Assembly: GCA_963741955.1 (NCBI GenBank)
Contig: CAVUKB010000005.1
Coordinates: forward strand, 352,001 to 416,000
Reading direction: 5' to 3'
DNA from: an uncultured Acidobacteriota bacterium
Lineage (GTDB): Bacteria > Acidobacteriota > Thermoanaerobaculia > Gp7-AA8
Length of the DNA: 64,000 nt
Positions 20,003 through 28,732 of the stretch are shown here, piece by piece. The notes under the pieces were generated by a model that saw only the letters and a list, made by a program, of their open reading frames with translations, did no database searches and was not told the DNA's origin. Within the stretch, counting starts at the first letter, position 1, and each line of letters begins with the position of its first letter. The position numbers were made by a program, and so were the translations under genes.

Positions 20003-20794
20003 CTATTTTCCTTTGAAGTTCGCCGGTCGCTTTTCGATGAAAGCGGTCAGCCCCTCTTTCGTATCCTCGGTTGCGCAGAGGACGCCGAACAGCGTCGCTT
20101 CGAGCGACTGCCCGTCTCCGAGAGTCATGTCGCTCCCGTGGTTGATCGCCTCCATCGCGGCGCGAACGGCCACCGGTCCCCGGCTCATGATCTTCTTCGC
20201 CATCTCTTCGGCAGTCGTAAGAAGATCTCCGGCCGGGACGACGCGGTTGACCAGGCCGATCCGTTCGGCCTCGTCGGCCTTGACGCGATCGCCTGTGCAG
20301 ATCAGCTCGAACGCTTTCCCTTTCCCGAGAAGGCGGACCATCCGCTGCGTTCCGCCGTAGCCGGGAATGATGCCGAGCGTGACTTCGGGAAGGCCCATCT
20401 GTGCGTTCTCCGAGGCCAGACGAATGTGGCAGGCGAGCGCGAGCTCGCACCCCCCGCCGAGAGCGAACCCGTTGATGGCGGCGATGACGATCTTGGGAAA
20501 GCGCTCGATCTTCGACAGGATGTGCTGTCCGCGCTCCGAGGTCCGCTTCCCGGAAAGGGCATCGTTCCGTGCGAGTTCGTTGATGTCGGCGCCCGCGACG
20601 AATGCCTTCTCGCCGCTGCCTGTCACGATGACCGAACCGACTCCGTCGTCGAGGAGCGCCTCGTCGAAGACGCGGCCGATCTCTTCGACCGTCTGCGTGT
20701 TGAGCGCATTGAGTACCTGCGGGCGGTTGATGGTGAGATGGAGGATGCGATCCCGGATCTCGACCTTGACGTTCTCGAGCTTCTCGTATGCCAT
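20003..20794 (-). CDS. Enoyl-CoA hydratase (crotonase)
   Basis: AFVAGADI, GGGCELALACH, PEVTLGIIPGYGGTQR. Confidence 0.93.
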   Translation of the reverse strand: MAYEKLENVKVEIRDRILHLTINRPQVLNALNTQTVEEIGRVFDEALLDDGVGSVIVTGSGEKAFVAGADINELARNDALSGKRTSERGQHILSKIERFPKIVIAAINGFALGGGCELALACHIRLASENAQMGLPEVTLGIIPGYGGTQRMVRLLGKGKAFELICTGDRVKADEAERIGLVNRVVPAGDLLTTAEEMAKKIMSRGPVAVRAAMEAINHGSDMTLGDGQSLEATLFGVLCATEDTKEGLTAFIEKRPANFKGK

Positions 20795-20803
20795 CGTCTC
20801 ACC

Positions 20804-21694
20804 TCATTTTTTCGCGCGATCGAACGGAACCGGTGTGCCGCTCGCGTAGTCGTAAAAACCGGCGCCGCTCTTGCGGCCGAAGCGCCCTGCGAGGACCATC
20901 TTCCGGAGCAGCGGCGGCGCAGCGAACCGCTTCTCGTGGTACTCCTCGAACATGACTTTGGTGATGAAGTACGTGGTATCGAGTCCGACGAAATCGAGAA
21001 GAGTGAACGGCCCCATCGGATATCCGCAGCCGAGCTGCATCCCCTTGTCGATGTCTTCGACCGAACCGACTCCCTCCTCGTACGCACGGATCGCGTCGAG
21101 CAGATACGGAACCAGAAGGCGGTTGACGATGAATCCCGAGTTGTCTTTGCAGGACACCGGCTCTTTGCCGAGCGTCTTCGCGAACGTGAAGGCGGAATCG
21201 AACGTCTCGTCGCTGGTGAGGATGGTGCGGACCACCTCGACGAGCTTCATCAGCGGTACGGGATTGAAAAAGTGAAGGCCGACGAACTGACTCGGCCGGG
21301 CTGTCGCCATCGAGAGCTCGGTGATGGTCAACGACGACGTGTTGGAGGCGAAAATCGTCTCCTTCTTGCAGATCCGATCGAGATCCGCGTACACGCTCTT
21401 CTTCAGCTCGGGATTTTCGACCACCGCTTCGATCACGATGTCGCAATCGGCGAGGTCTTCGAGCTTCGTGGTGCCCTTCAGCCGGCCGACGCAGGCATCC
21501 TTCTCCTCGGCGGTCATCTTCCCCTTCTCGACGAATTTCGAGAGGCTCTTTTCGATTCCGGCGAATCCTTTGTCGAGATACGACTGCTCGACTTCTCTGA
21601 CTACGGTCTCCAGCCCGGCCCGGGACGAGATCTGGGCGATTCCCGATCCCATCAGGCCACAACCGAGAACTCCGACTTTGCGAATCTGAGGCAT
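20804..21694 (-). CDS. hbd: 3-hydroxybutyryl-CoA dehydrogenase
   Basis: GCGLMGSGIA, SNTSS, HFFNPVP, GFIVNR, YPMGP. Confidence 0.93.
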   Translation of the reverse strand: MPQIRKVGVLGCGLMGSGIAQISSRAGLETVVREVEQSYLDKGFAGIEKSLSKFVEKGKMTAEEKDACVGRLKGTTKLEDLADCDIVIEAVVENPELKKSVYADLDRICKKETIFASNTSSLTITELSMATARPSQFVGLHFFNPVPLMKLVEVVRTILTSDETFDSAFTFAKTLGKEPVSCKDNSGFIVNRLLVPYLLDAIRAYEEGVGSVEDIDKGMQLGCGYPMGPFTLLDFVGLDTTYFITKVMFEEYHEKRFAAPPLLRKMVLAGRFGRKSGAGFYDYASGTPVPFDRAKK

Positions 21695-21950
21695 TGAACG
21701 GCTCCTTTCGCGAGATGCGGGGCCATTCTATGTGCAGAGCGGATCTTTTCAACTCCGTTCGTTGGAGACTGGGGATCTCGGAGGTCGAGAGTTCGGGGAT
21801 CGGCGATCAGGGGCGGGGGTCGGGGAAGATTGGCTCGGGAGCGTCGAGTCCTTCGGAGATTCGCGGGAAAGCGCAAGCTGCGCAGGGCACTCGAGGGCAC
21901 GCCGATGGGAGCGGATGGTTCCCATCATGGCAGAATAGCGAATCTTGCGT

Positions 21951-23144
21951 ATGAAACGTCCGGCGGTCCTCCGCAACATCGCACCTCAGGTCGTGCTTCT
22001 CGGCCTCGCCGCGCTTCTCAATGACGTTTCGAGCGACATCATCTATCCGCTCCTTCCGATCTTTCTCACCACCACGGTCGGCGCCACTCCGGTGATCCTG
22101 GGGATGATCGAAGGTTCGGCAGAGGCCCTCTCCGCGTTCCTGAAGCTCGGTTCCGGTCTCCTCTCGGATCGTCTTCCCAGACGGAAACCGTTCATCGCCG
22201 GCGGTTACCTCGTGGCCGGACTCTCGCGGGCCCTGATCGCGGTTGCCGCTTTCTGGCCGGCCGTCTTCACCGCACGTCTGCTCGACCGGACGGGGAAAGG
22301 AATCCGCTCGGCTCCACGCGATGCGATGATCTGCGACGTCACACCGGAGTCGGACCGCGGCCGCGCCTTCGGACTGCATCGTGCTTTCGACCACGCCGGA
22401 GCGGTGGTGGGACCACTCCTCGCTGCGCTGATGCTCGGAGTGATTCACCTGAAGATCCGGACCATCTTCTTCCTCGCCGTGATCCCGGCACTTCTCGCGG
22501 TCATACTTCTCGTCTTCTTCCTGAAGGAGACCAGGAGAGTCATCGCATCCCCGACGAGCGGAGCGGTGCCCGGCCGAAGACTTCCGAGCACGTTCTGGAT
22601 CCCGATCGGCTCGATCGCTCTCTTCTATTTCGCAAATTCGAGCGACGTCTTCCTGATCCTGAAGGCTTACGACGCTGGAGTGAGGGAGGCCTGGATCCCG
22701 GTCCTATGGGCGGCACACCATCTGGTCAAGGCGCTCTTCTCCACGCATGCCGGAGCGTGGTCCGACCGGATCGACCGGAGAAACCTCCTCATCGCGGGAT
22801 GGCTGATCTACGCGCTGATCTATTTTCTCTTTCCGATGAGCCGCTCTCTGATCGTCTTCCTGATTCTCTTCGTCGTCTACGCGATTCCGTTCACGCTGAC
22901 GGAAGGAGTCGAACGGGCGTGGATCGGTTCGAAAGTCGAGAAGAGACTTCTCGGGAAGGCATTCGGCGTCTACTACCTGGTGATGGGGATCTTCACGCTG
23001 GGAGGGACCGCCCTTTTCGGCTGGCTCTACGAGCACGTGAATCCTGCCACGGCATTCACGGTCGGAGCGATCACCGCCACGGTCGCGGCGGCATCGGTCG
23101 CCGTGCAGAAAGTGTTTCATCTGGGAGAGAAAGTCTCGGGGTAG
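21951..23144 (+). CDS. MFS transporter
   Basis: GLLSDRLPRRK, DRTGKGIRSAPRDA, GAWSDRIDRR. Confidence 0.92.
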   Translation: MKRPAVLRNIAPQVVLLGLAALLNDVSSDIIYPLLPIFLTTTVGATPVILGMIEGSAEALSAFLKLGSGLLSDRLPRRKPFIAGGYLVAGLSRALIAVAAFWPAVFTARLLDRTGKGIRSAPRDAMICDVTPESDRGRAFGLHRAFDHAGAVVGPLLAALMLGVIHLKIRTIFFLAVIPALLAVILLVFFLKETRRVIASPTSGAVPGRRLPSTFWIPIGSIALFYFANSSDVFLILKAYDAGVREAWIPVLWAAHHLVKALFSTHAGAWSDRIDRRNLLIAGWLIYALIYFLFPMSRSLIVFLILFVVYAIPFTLTEGVERAWIGSKVEKRLLGKAFGVYYLVMGIFTLGGTALFGWLYEHVNPATAFTVGAITATVAAASVAVQKVFHLGEKVSG

Positions 23145-23357
23145 AAAAAAAGCCCGAAGCGGCCTCACCACGCCGGCTCAGGTGCGAACCGGGGTCGATC
23201 CGACGAACTCTTCCGACTCCGGATGCTCTCGCCTCGTCCGGATTTCCGAAAGCCAGGCTTTCGGATCAGCAGCTCGGACGGAACTGTACGGCACGCCCCG
23301 TCACGTGTGAGGAGCCTCGCGTCTCCTCCGTCGAATCTCGAGGGCCACTTCGGGCAG
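23145..23357 (-). ncRNA. Candidate structured non-coding RNA, family unknown
   Basis: 13-bp closing stem 23152-23164/23343-23355, several inner helices, U7 tail, sigma54-type promoter directly upstream. Confidence 0.65.
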
Positions 23358-23367
23358 TTGACCAAGA

Positions 23368-23383
23368 AGCAAATCGCGCGCCA
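23368..23383 (-). promoter_or_regulatory. Sigma54 (-24/-12) promoter
   Basis: TGGCGCGCGATTTGCT versus consensus TGGCACG-N4-TTGCW; GG-N10-GC spacing. Confidence 0.7.
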
Positions 23384-23533
23384 CCGCCGGTCGGGAAACG
23401 CGCGAATCGGGATTCCAGGCTCCGGCTCTCCCCAGGTATCTCCCGACCCGTTCCCTGGCGAGCTCGAAATTCGCGCTCGCCCGAGCGAGTTTCGGCATCA
23501 GAACGACTCGCCGCAGGAAAGGAAAAGCTCCCA

Positions 23534-24610
23534 GTGAAGAAGCTACTCGCATCGATGTCTCTCGCTCTGACCTTCGTGGCTGCGGTAGCGGCCGCCCAGG
23601 CCAAGCCCGCCGCCAATGCCTCGCTCGATCAGCGATTCAAAGAACTTCTTCCGGTCTGCCAGACGGCTCCGAAAATCAGCGTGCATCCTTTCGAAGGAAA
23701 GCTCCCGGACGGGATGAAGGGAGATCTGGTCGACGTTCAGGGCGATTCCGTCTACTGCCAGGGCGAATACATGGCCATCACGACGCGGAGTGGCAGCTAC
23801 TTCCTGGGAGCTCCCTGGCCGATCGAAGGCGTGAGCGGATCGGTCGAACAGAAGATCGCACAGTTCGCCTACGACAGAATGGGAGGCGAGATCTTCTCCG
23901 CCACCGTCGGAAAGACGCCCACTCCCGAGGGTCTCCTTCCGGTCAACCTGGTCCATACCACCGACTATGGCAATGTCCCGATGGAGGCGTGGATCGACCC
24001 GGCCGGCAACATGCTCTTTCTCGCGCCGTTCTACCGTCCGGGAACCGACGCACTCGCGGACAGGATCTCCCGGATCGAAAAGGTCGCTGCACATTCGCCG
24101 ACACTCGGACCGGCCGATGCACCGGTCAGGATCTATGAATTTTCTGATTTCGAATGTCCCTCGTGTAAGCACGCCGATCCGTTCATCCGTCCCCTGATCG
24201 ACAAGTACAAGGGACAGGTGCGCTTCACCCGGATCGACTTCCCGCTCATCTCGAGCCATCCCTGGGCCTTCCCCGCGGCGATGATGGCGCGCGCGATCTT
24301 CCACCAGAGCCCCGATGCCTTCTGGGCCTTCGAGAAAGAGGTCTACGAGAAGCAGGCCGACCTGAACATTTTCGTACTGGAAGACTTCGCGAAGGGATTC
24401 GTCTCCGATCACGGCCTGGACGTCGCGAAGTTCAACCAGGACCGCAACTCCGAGGCCACCAGGAACGAGATCCTCGAAGGGGTGGGACTCGGCTATGCGA
24501 TCCAGCTGGCAGGAACGCCGACGTTCGTCGTCAACGGCAAATTCGTGGTCGCGGGAAAAGAGGGGGACAATCTCGATCGCTACGTGGGAGACCTTCTCGC
24601 GAAGAAGTAA
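23534..24610 (+). CDS. DsbA/thioredoxin-fold exported protein
   Basis: Signal peptide; EFSDFECPSC, FPLISSHPWA, GTPTFVVNG. Confidence 0.88.
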   Translation: MKKLLASMSLALTFVAAVAAAQAKPAANASLDQRFKELLPVCQTAPKISVHPFEGKLPDGMKGDLVDVQGDSVYCQGEYMAITTRSGSYFLGAPWPIEGVSGSVEQKIAQFAYDRMGGEIFSATVGKTPTPEGLLPVNLVHTTDYGNVPMEAWIDPAGNMLFLAPFYRPGTDALADRISRIEKVAAHSPTLGPADAPVRIYEFSDFECPSCKHADPFIRPLIDKYKGQVRFTRIDFPLISSHPWAFPAAMMARAIFHQSPDAFWAFEKEVYEKQADLNIFVLEDFAKGFVSDHGLDVAKFNQDRNSEATRNEILEGVGLGYAIQLAGTPTFVVNGKFVVAGKEGDNLDRYVGDLLAKK

Positions 24611-24670
24611 CGATGCCGCGCGCTGTGGTGGGCTCGCTCCGCGTGCGAGTTCACGCTTCGCCGTTCGAGC

Positions 24671-25237
24671 TCACGATCGCTCGAGCCTGCAGAACCGCAC
24701 GAATCTCGCCAGCGCCTCATCGAAGCTCCTCCCCGGAGAATGCTCCAGAATGATGTCGACGTCGGTGTAGGTGGCGCCGTACCGATGCACGTATGCGGCA
24801 ACTGCCTGAGGTGATGCGGCGACCCCCACGTCCGCCAGATGTCGTTCGATTTTGGCCCGGGAGCGATCCGTCCGGAATCCTGCAGTCCTGACCCCCATGG
24901 CGGCGCTCCGGAACCAGCCGAGGGAAAGATGGGTGGCGACGAGGACGGTTGCCCCCCGCCAGAGGCAACGGGTGACCAGCGGCAGATCGCGCACATCGAC
25001 GATCTCGTCGATGGCGATCAGCGATGCTCGCGGGCCGGATCCGAAGGGCGGTCCTTCGACCCAGACGTGCTCCCGTCCCGCGAACCTCGGGTGCTCCCGG
25101 AGGAGGTGGGCGATGGCGGTCGATTTCCCGCTGCCGCTCTCGCCGGAAAAGACGATCAGCCGCTCCCGCTCGAACGGGAGGTCGTCGAGGCGGAGGAAAT
25201 CGTCGAACTTCGCAGGAAGTGCCGGAGCCTCGCTCAT
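24671..25237 (-). CDS. Small P-loop NTPase, function unknown
   Basis: GESGSGKST Walker A; LIAIDE Walker B; ATGA overlap with the upstream gene. Confidence 0.75.
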   Translation of the reverse strand: MSEAPALPAKFDDFLRLDDLPFERERLIVFSGESGSGKSTAIAHLLREHPRFAGREHVWVEGPPFGSGPRASLIAIDEIVDVRDLPLVTRCLWRGATVLVATHLSLGWFRSAAMGVRTAGFRTDRSRAKIERHLADVGVAASPQAVAAYVHRYGATYTDVDIILEHSPGRSFDEALARFVRFCRLERS

Positions 25238-26346
25238 GCCTCGAGAAAATCCTCCCACTTGAAGCAGTCGCTCGAGCCAACCACTTCCTGATCGACGAAG
25301 ACGTCCGAGAGGAGCTGAACTTCCCAGTGCACCGTCAGCCCGTGCGTCGACGAAGTCTGCTGCGGCGGGTAGAGCACCCGAAACATCGGCTCGAACGAAA
25401 CCGGACCGTCGAGGTACTGCTCGACCGGAATGTTGGCGGGGATCATGGTGAACGTTCGCTCGTAGAGAATCACCGCCCTCACCGGCTCGGTGAACGAGAC
25501 CGTTCTCTCCTTCGTTCCCGAGCCTCGCTTGTACTGCCCTTTCTCCATGTTGCACGCCGCCACGCGGATGGTGACGTTCTCGAGCGGCACCCGCGATCGT
25601 CCGATCACCAGCTTCGAAGCGGGAATCGAATCAGTCCGTCCGATCTGACCCGGAACGGCGCAGAGATCGAAACTCATGTACTTTCTCAGTTGACGCCGGA
25701 TGGCGAACCAGACCGCCGCGCCTGCCGCGCCGCTACCCATCAGCGATTTCTGCAGCGGCGGAGACGATTCCCCTTTCGAATTGTGCTGGCTGTAGAACCA
25801 GGTCATCGGTTCCGGAACCCACTGGTCGTGCCATCCCACCCAGCTGTTGAAGGCGATCACGACCGCCCCCACGACCATCAGCCAGGAAACGATCATCCGG
25901 TTCTTCGGCGGGATGGCCTTGAAGTTCTCGATGAAATTGAAAACGTCCTTCGGTTCGACGATCTCTTTCGCGTCCGTCGAGACTTCCGGCTTCAACCCGA
26001 TCGAGACCATTTCCTCCCGGGAAATCTTCGTGTCGAACAGCAGCGCGTCGTCGACCTCGATCTCCGTCCGGATCGCGATGTCGATCTTTGTCCCGTGGTA
26101 CGTGAAAAACTGCGAGCCCGACGGAATCACGATCTCGTTCCGGCTTTCGAGCGAAGGAATCTTCGTCTCGAATACAGTGTCGGATTCATTGACCGCGCGC
26201 GAGTCGTGTACCTCCACCTTCCGGCAGATCCTGAGGGTTGCAGCGCGCCCCAGCGCCGCCGGGTCGTCGACGCCGATCGTGCAGCGGATCGATTCACCGA
26301 CTCGCGAATATCGGACCGTCATCGCTTCGGCGCGGATCTTCGCCAT
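25234..26346 (-). CDS. Hypothetical membrane protein (two central TM helices, beta-rich flanks)
   Basis: 370-aa ORF with an AGGAGG RBS and two hydrophobic segments. Confidence 0.75.
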   Translation of the reverse strand: MAKIRAEAMTVRYSRVGESIRCTIGVDDPAALGRAATLRICRKVEVHDSRAVNESDTVFETKIPSLESRNEIVIPSGSQFFTYHGTKIDIAIRTEIEVDDALLFDTKISREEMVSIGLKPEVSTDAKEIVEPKDVFNFIENFKAIPPKNRMIVSWLMVVGAVVIAFNSWVGWHDQWVPEPMTWFYSQHNSKGESSPPLQKSLMGSGAAGAAVWFAIRRQLRKYMSFDLCAVPGQIGRTDSIPASKLVIGRSRVPLENVTIRVAACNMEKGQYKRGSGTKERTVSFTEPVRAVILYERTFTMIPANIPVEQYLDGPVSFEPMFRVLYPPQQTSSTHGLTVHWEVQLLSDVFVDQEVVGSSDCFKWEDFLEA

Positions 26347-26439
26347 TCGATTCCTCCTGGACTGGAAGACGGTATTTTAGCGCCGACACAGCGGAGCCGA
26401 AAGATCAGGACTTCTCTGATTCCAGAAGCTCGCCTTTCG

Positions 26440-27717
26440 TCACTTCGCGCAGGTCCGGAAACCTGCGAGCACGTCGTTCCGGTGGGGCTCGTAGAAGTTC
26501 CGCCAGGTGTTTCGCAACAGCCGCCCACGAGTGGTCCAGGCGCCCCCTCGAAGGGCTCGATGCGGTGACGCGAACCACGGTTCCGAATAGTCGCGGTACG
26601 GATCGGCGGCGAATCCGGGATACGGAAGAAACCGCGAGGACGTCCACTCCCAGACATTTCCGATCATCTGCCGCACTCCGTCGACCGTGTCACCCGCCGC
26701 AAATGCGCCGACATCCACCGGGCCGCCGGCGCTGCAGTCGACGTTGGCCCGGCTGGCGTCGGGCATCTCGTCGCCCCACGGCATCCGCCTCTTCTCTCCC
26801 CCGTTACCGCGCGACGCAGCGAGCTCCCACTCCGCCTCGGTCGGGAGCCGTCTTCCCTTCCATGCGCAGTACGCCTCCGCCTCGAATGCGTTCACGTGAA
26901 TGATCGGCCGGTGCTCCCGCACCGTTTCCCAGCGATCCCATCGTCTCTCCTCCCAGGAGCCATCGTGACCGTGACGCCAGTAAACCGGATGTCGCGCCGC
27001 CGCCGCGTCACGCCACACCCGTCCGTCCTCCGACCAATACGCATCGTTCGCATAGCCTCGCGCTTCGACGAATTCCGCGAACTCTCCGTTCGTGACCGCC
27101 GCACGCGCGATCCGGAATGCCGGAACGCTCACCCGATGCGCCCACTTCTCGTTGTCGAAGACGAATGACTCGCCGAGTGAGGCGCCGAGCATGAACTCCC
27201 CTCCCGGAATTTCGGCGTTTCCCGTCAACGGACCTGCATCCGCAACGGACGTCACCTCGAAGGGAGACGGAAGCCCGAGCGTCTGGCGCGTGTAGACGAA
27301 GGCTTCGTCGTGCATGTCTTCGTGGAAGAGAGCGAGCAGATGGAAGTAGCGGAGCTCGTCCGTCGGCTCTCGTATCTGCAGTTCGCTGATCACTCCGTCC
27401 AGAATGACCTGCAGATCCTCTAGCGTTTCCCCCAGGCCCGGCAGCGGAAGGCACCAGCGAGTGTCGTGAGGAATCGCCGACGAATCATACAGCTGGTCGG
27501 CGTTCGTTCGATGCGGTGGCCGGCCCCGGAGATTTCGGAGTGTCCACTTCTCCTGGAACCATCCCACATGACCGAGCTCCCACAACGGCGGGTTGACGAT
27601 GGGGATGCAGGGGACGTCGAGACTCTCCCGGCTCAGCGAGTGCGCCAGCCGGAGTGTCAGGCTCCGCGCATCACGCAGCGCGTCGATCAGATTCGAAGAA
27701 TCGACTTTCGAGATCAC
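26440..27717 (-). CDS. senA: Selenoneine synthase SenA (EgtB-like DinB + FGE-sulfatase)
   Basis: NPPLWELGHVGWFQE, LYDSSAIPHDTRW, HEDMH, GNVWEW, YRDYSEPWF, WRNFY; adjacent to senB. Confidence 0.82.
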   Translation of the reverse strand: MISKVDSSNLIDALRDARSLTLRLAHSLSRESLDVPCIPIVNPPLWELGHVGWFQEKWTLRNLRGRPPHRTNADQLYDSSAIPHDTRWCLPLPGLGETLEDLQVILDGVISELQIREPTDELRYFHLLALFHEDMHDEAFVYTRQTLGLPSPFEVTSVADAGPLTGNAEIPGGEFMLGASLGESFVFDNEKWAHRVSVPAFRIARAAVTNGEFAEFVEARGYANDAYWSEDGRVWRDAAAARHPVYWRHGHDGSWEERRWDRWETVREHRPIIHVNAFEAEAYCAWKGRRLPTEAEWELAASRGNGGEKRRMPWGDEMPDASRANVDCSAGGPVDVGAFAAGDTVDGVRQMIGNVWEWTSSRFLPYPGFAADPYRDYSEPWFASPHRALRGGAWTTRGRLLRNTWRNFYEPHRNDVLAGFRTCAK

Positions 27718-27739
27718 GATGCGGCTATTCTATGTCCAG

Positions 27740-28693
27740 ATGCGGATCGTGATGACCTGTCCGGCGCCGCCGGGCTCCCGTCTCGGAAACCGGATCACCG
27801 CTTCCCGGTGGAGAGGGATTCTCCGCAGCCTCGGTCACGACGTCCGCATCGTCGACCAGTTCCGGCGCGGTCCGGCGGACCTCCTCATCGCGCTCCACGC
27901 GCGGCGGAGCGCTCCCTCGGTCGAGCGATTCGCGGAACGAATGCCGGGCAAGCCGATCGTCGTCGCGCTCACCGGCACCGATCTTTACCGCGACATCCAC
28001 ACGGATGCGTCGGCGCAACGTTCCCTCCAGCTTGCCGATGCTCTCGTCGTCCTCCAGCCTGCCGGCATCGAAGCGCTTCCGCCCTCGGTGCGCCCGAAGA
28101 GCCGGGTGATTCGCCAGTCGGCAAAGCTCGCGCACGAACGCCGTCGCTCGACCAGGAATCATCTCGACTTCGCGTTCGCCGCGCACGTACGCCCGGAGAA
28201 GGATCCTCTCACACTGATCCGCGCCCTCTCGCTCCTTCCGACAGAATCGAAGATCCGGGTCCTCCACGCGGGCCGCTCGCTCGACGACCAGCTGATGCAG
28301 CAGCTCATCGCCGCGGAGTCGTCCCGCTATGTCTGGCTCGGCGAGCTGTCGCAGTGGAAGAGCCGGCGACTGATCGCGAGCTGCCACGGCCTGGTGCTCA
28401 CTTCGTTGATGGAAGGTGGTGCCAACGTGCTCTCCGAAGCAATCGTGGCGAAGACTCCGATTCTCTCTTCACGCATCGACAGCTCGGTCGCGATCCTGGG
28501 ACGCGACTATCCGGGGTTCTTCGAAGTACGCGATGCGGAGGGCTTGAAAAACGCTTTACTGCGGTTCGAGATGGAGCCGGAGTACCGCGCGAGACTGGAA
28601 ACGCACGTCGAGAAGCTCGCCCCCGAAGTCCGGCCGCAGCGTGAAGCCGAGAGCTGGAGAGAGCTGCTCGCGACGTTGACGGACTCGCTCTGA
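27740..28693 (+). CDS. senB: Selenosugar synthase SenB (TIGR04348-type glycosyltransferase)
   Basis: GNRITASRW, IALHARRS, LTGTDLY, RPEKDP, EGGANV. Confidence 0.87.
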   Translation: MRIVMTCPAPPGSRLGNRITASRWRGILRSLGHDVRIVDQFRRGPADLLIALHARRSAPSVERFAERMPGKPIVVALTGTDLYRDIHTDASAQRSLQLADALVVLQPAGIEALPPSVRPKSRVIRQSAKLAHERRRSTRNHLDFAFAAHVRPEKDPLTLIRALSLLPTESKIRVLHAGRSLDDQLMQQLIAAESSRYVWLGELSQWKSRRLIASCHGLVLTSLMEGGANVLSEAIVAKTPILSSRIDSSVAILGRDYPGFFEVRDAEGLKNALLRFEMEPEYRARLETHVEKLAPEVRPQREAESWRELLATLTDSL

Positions 28694-28732
28694 TCGTGCC
28701 CGTGAATACGGGCTCGGGTCCGGTGCGATGGA

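Noticed and set aside
21770-21830. GGGGATC-like degenerate repeats upstream of hbd
   Set aside because: Too degenerate to define units; probably decayed heptamer family
23152-23355. Candidate RNA read as SRP RNA, a cobalamin riboswitch or a classical 6S RNA
   Set aside because: CAGG-N10-AGCAG on the plus strand lacks the SRP helix-8 stem and GNRA loop; cobalamin-like words are out of order; I see no typical 6S central-bubble motifs. A divergent 6S cannot be fully excluded without cmscan.
26440-28693. Selenocysteine (UGA) recoding in the sen genes
   Set aside because: Both ORFs are full length without internal UGA, and I saw no SECIS-like hairpin
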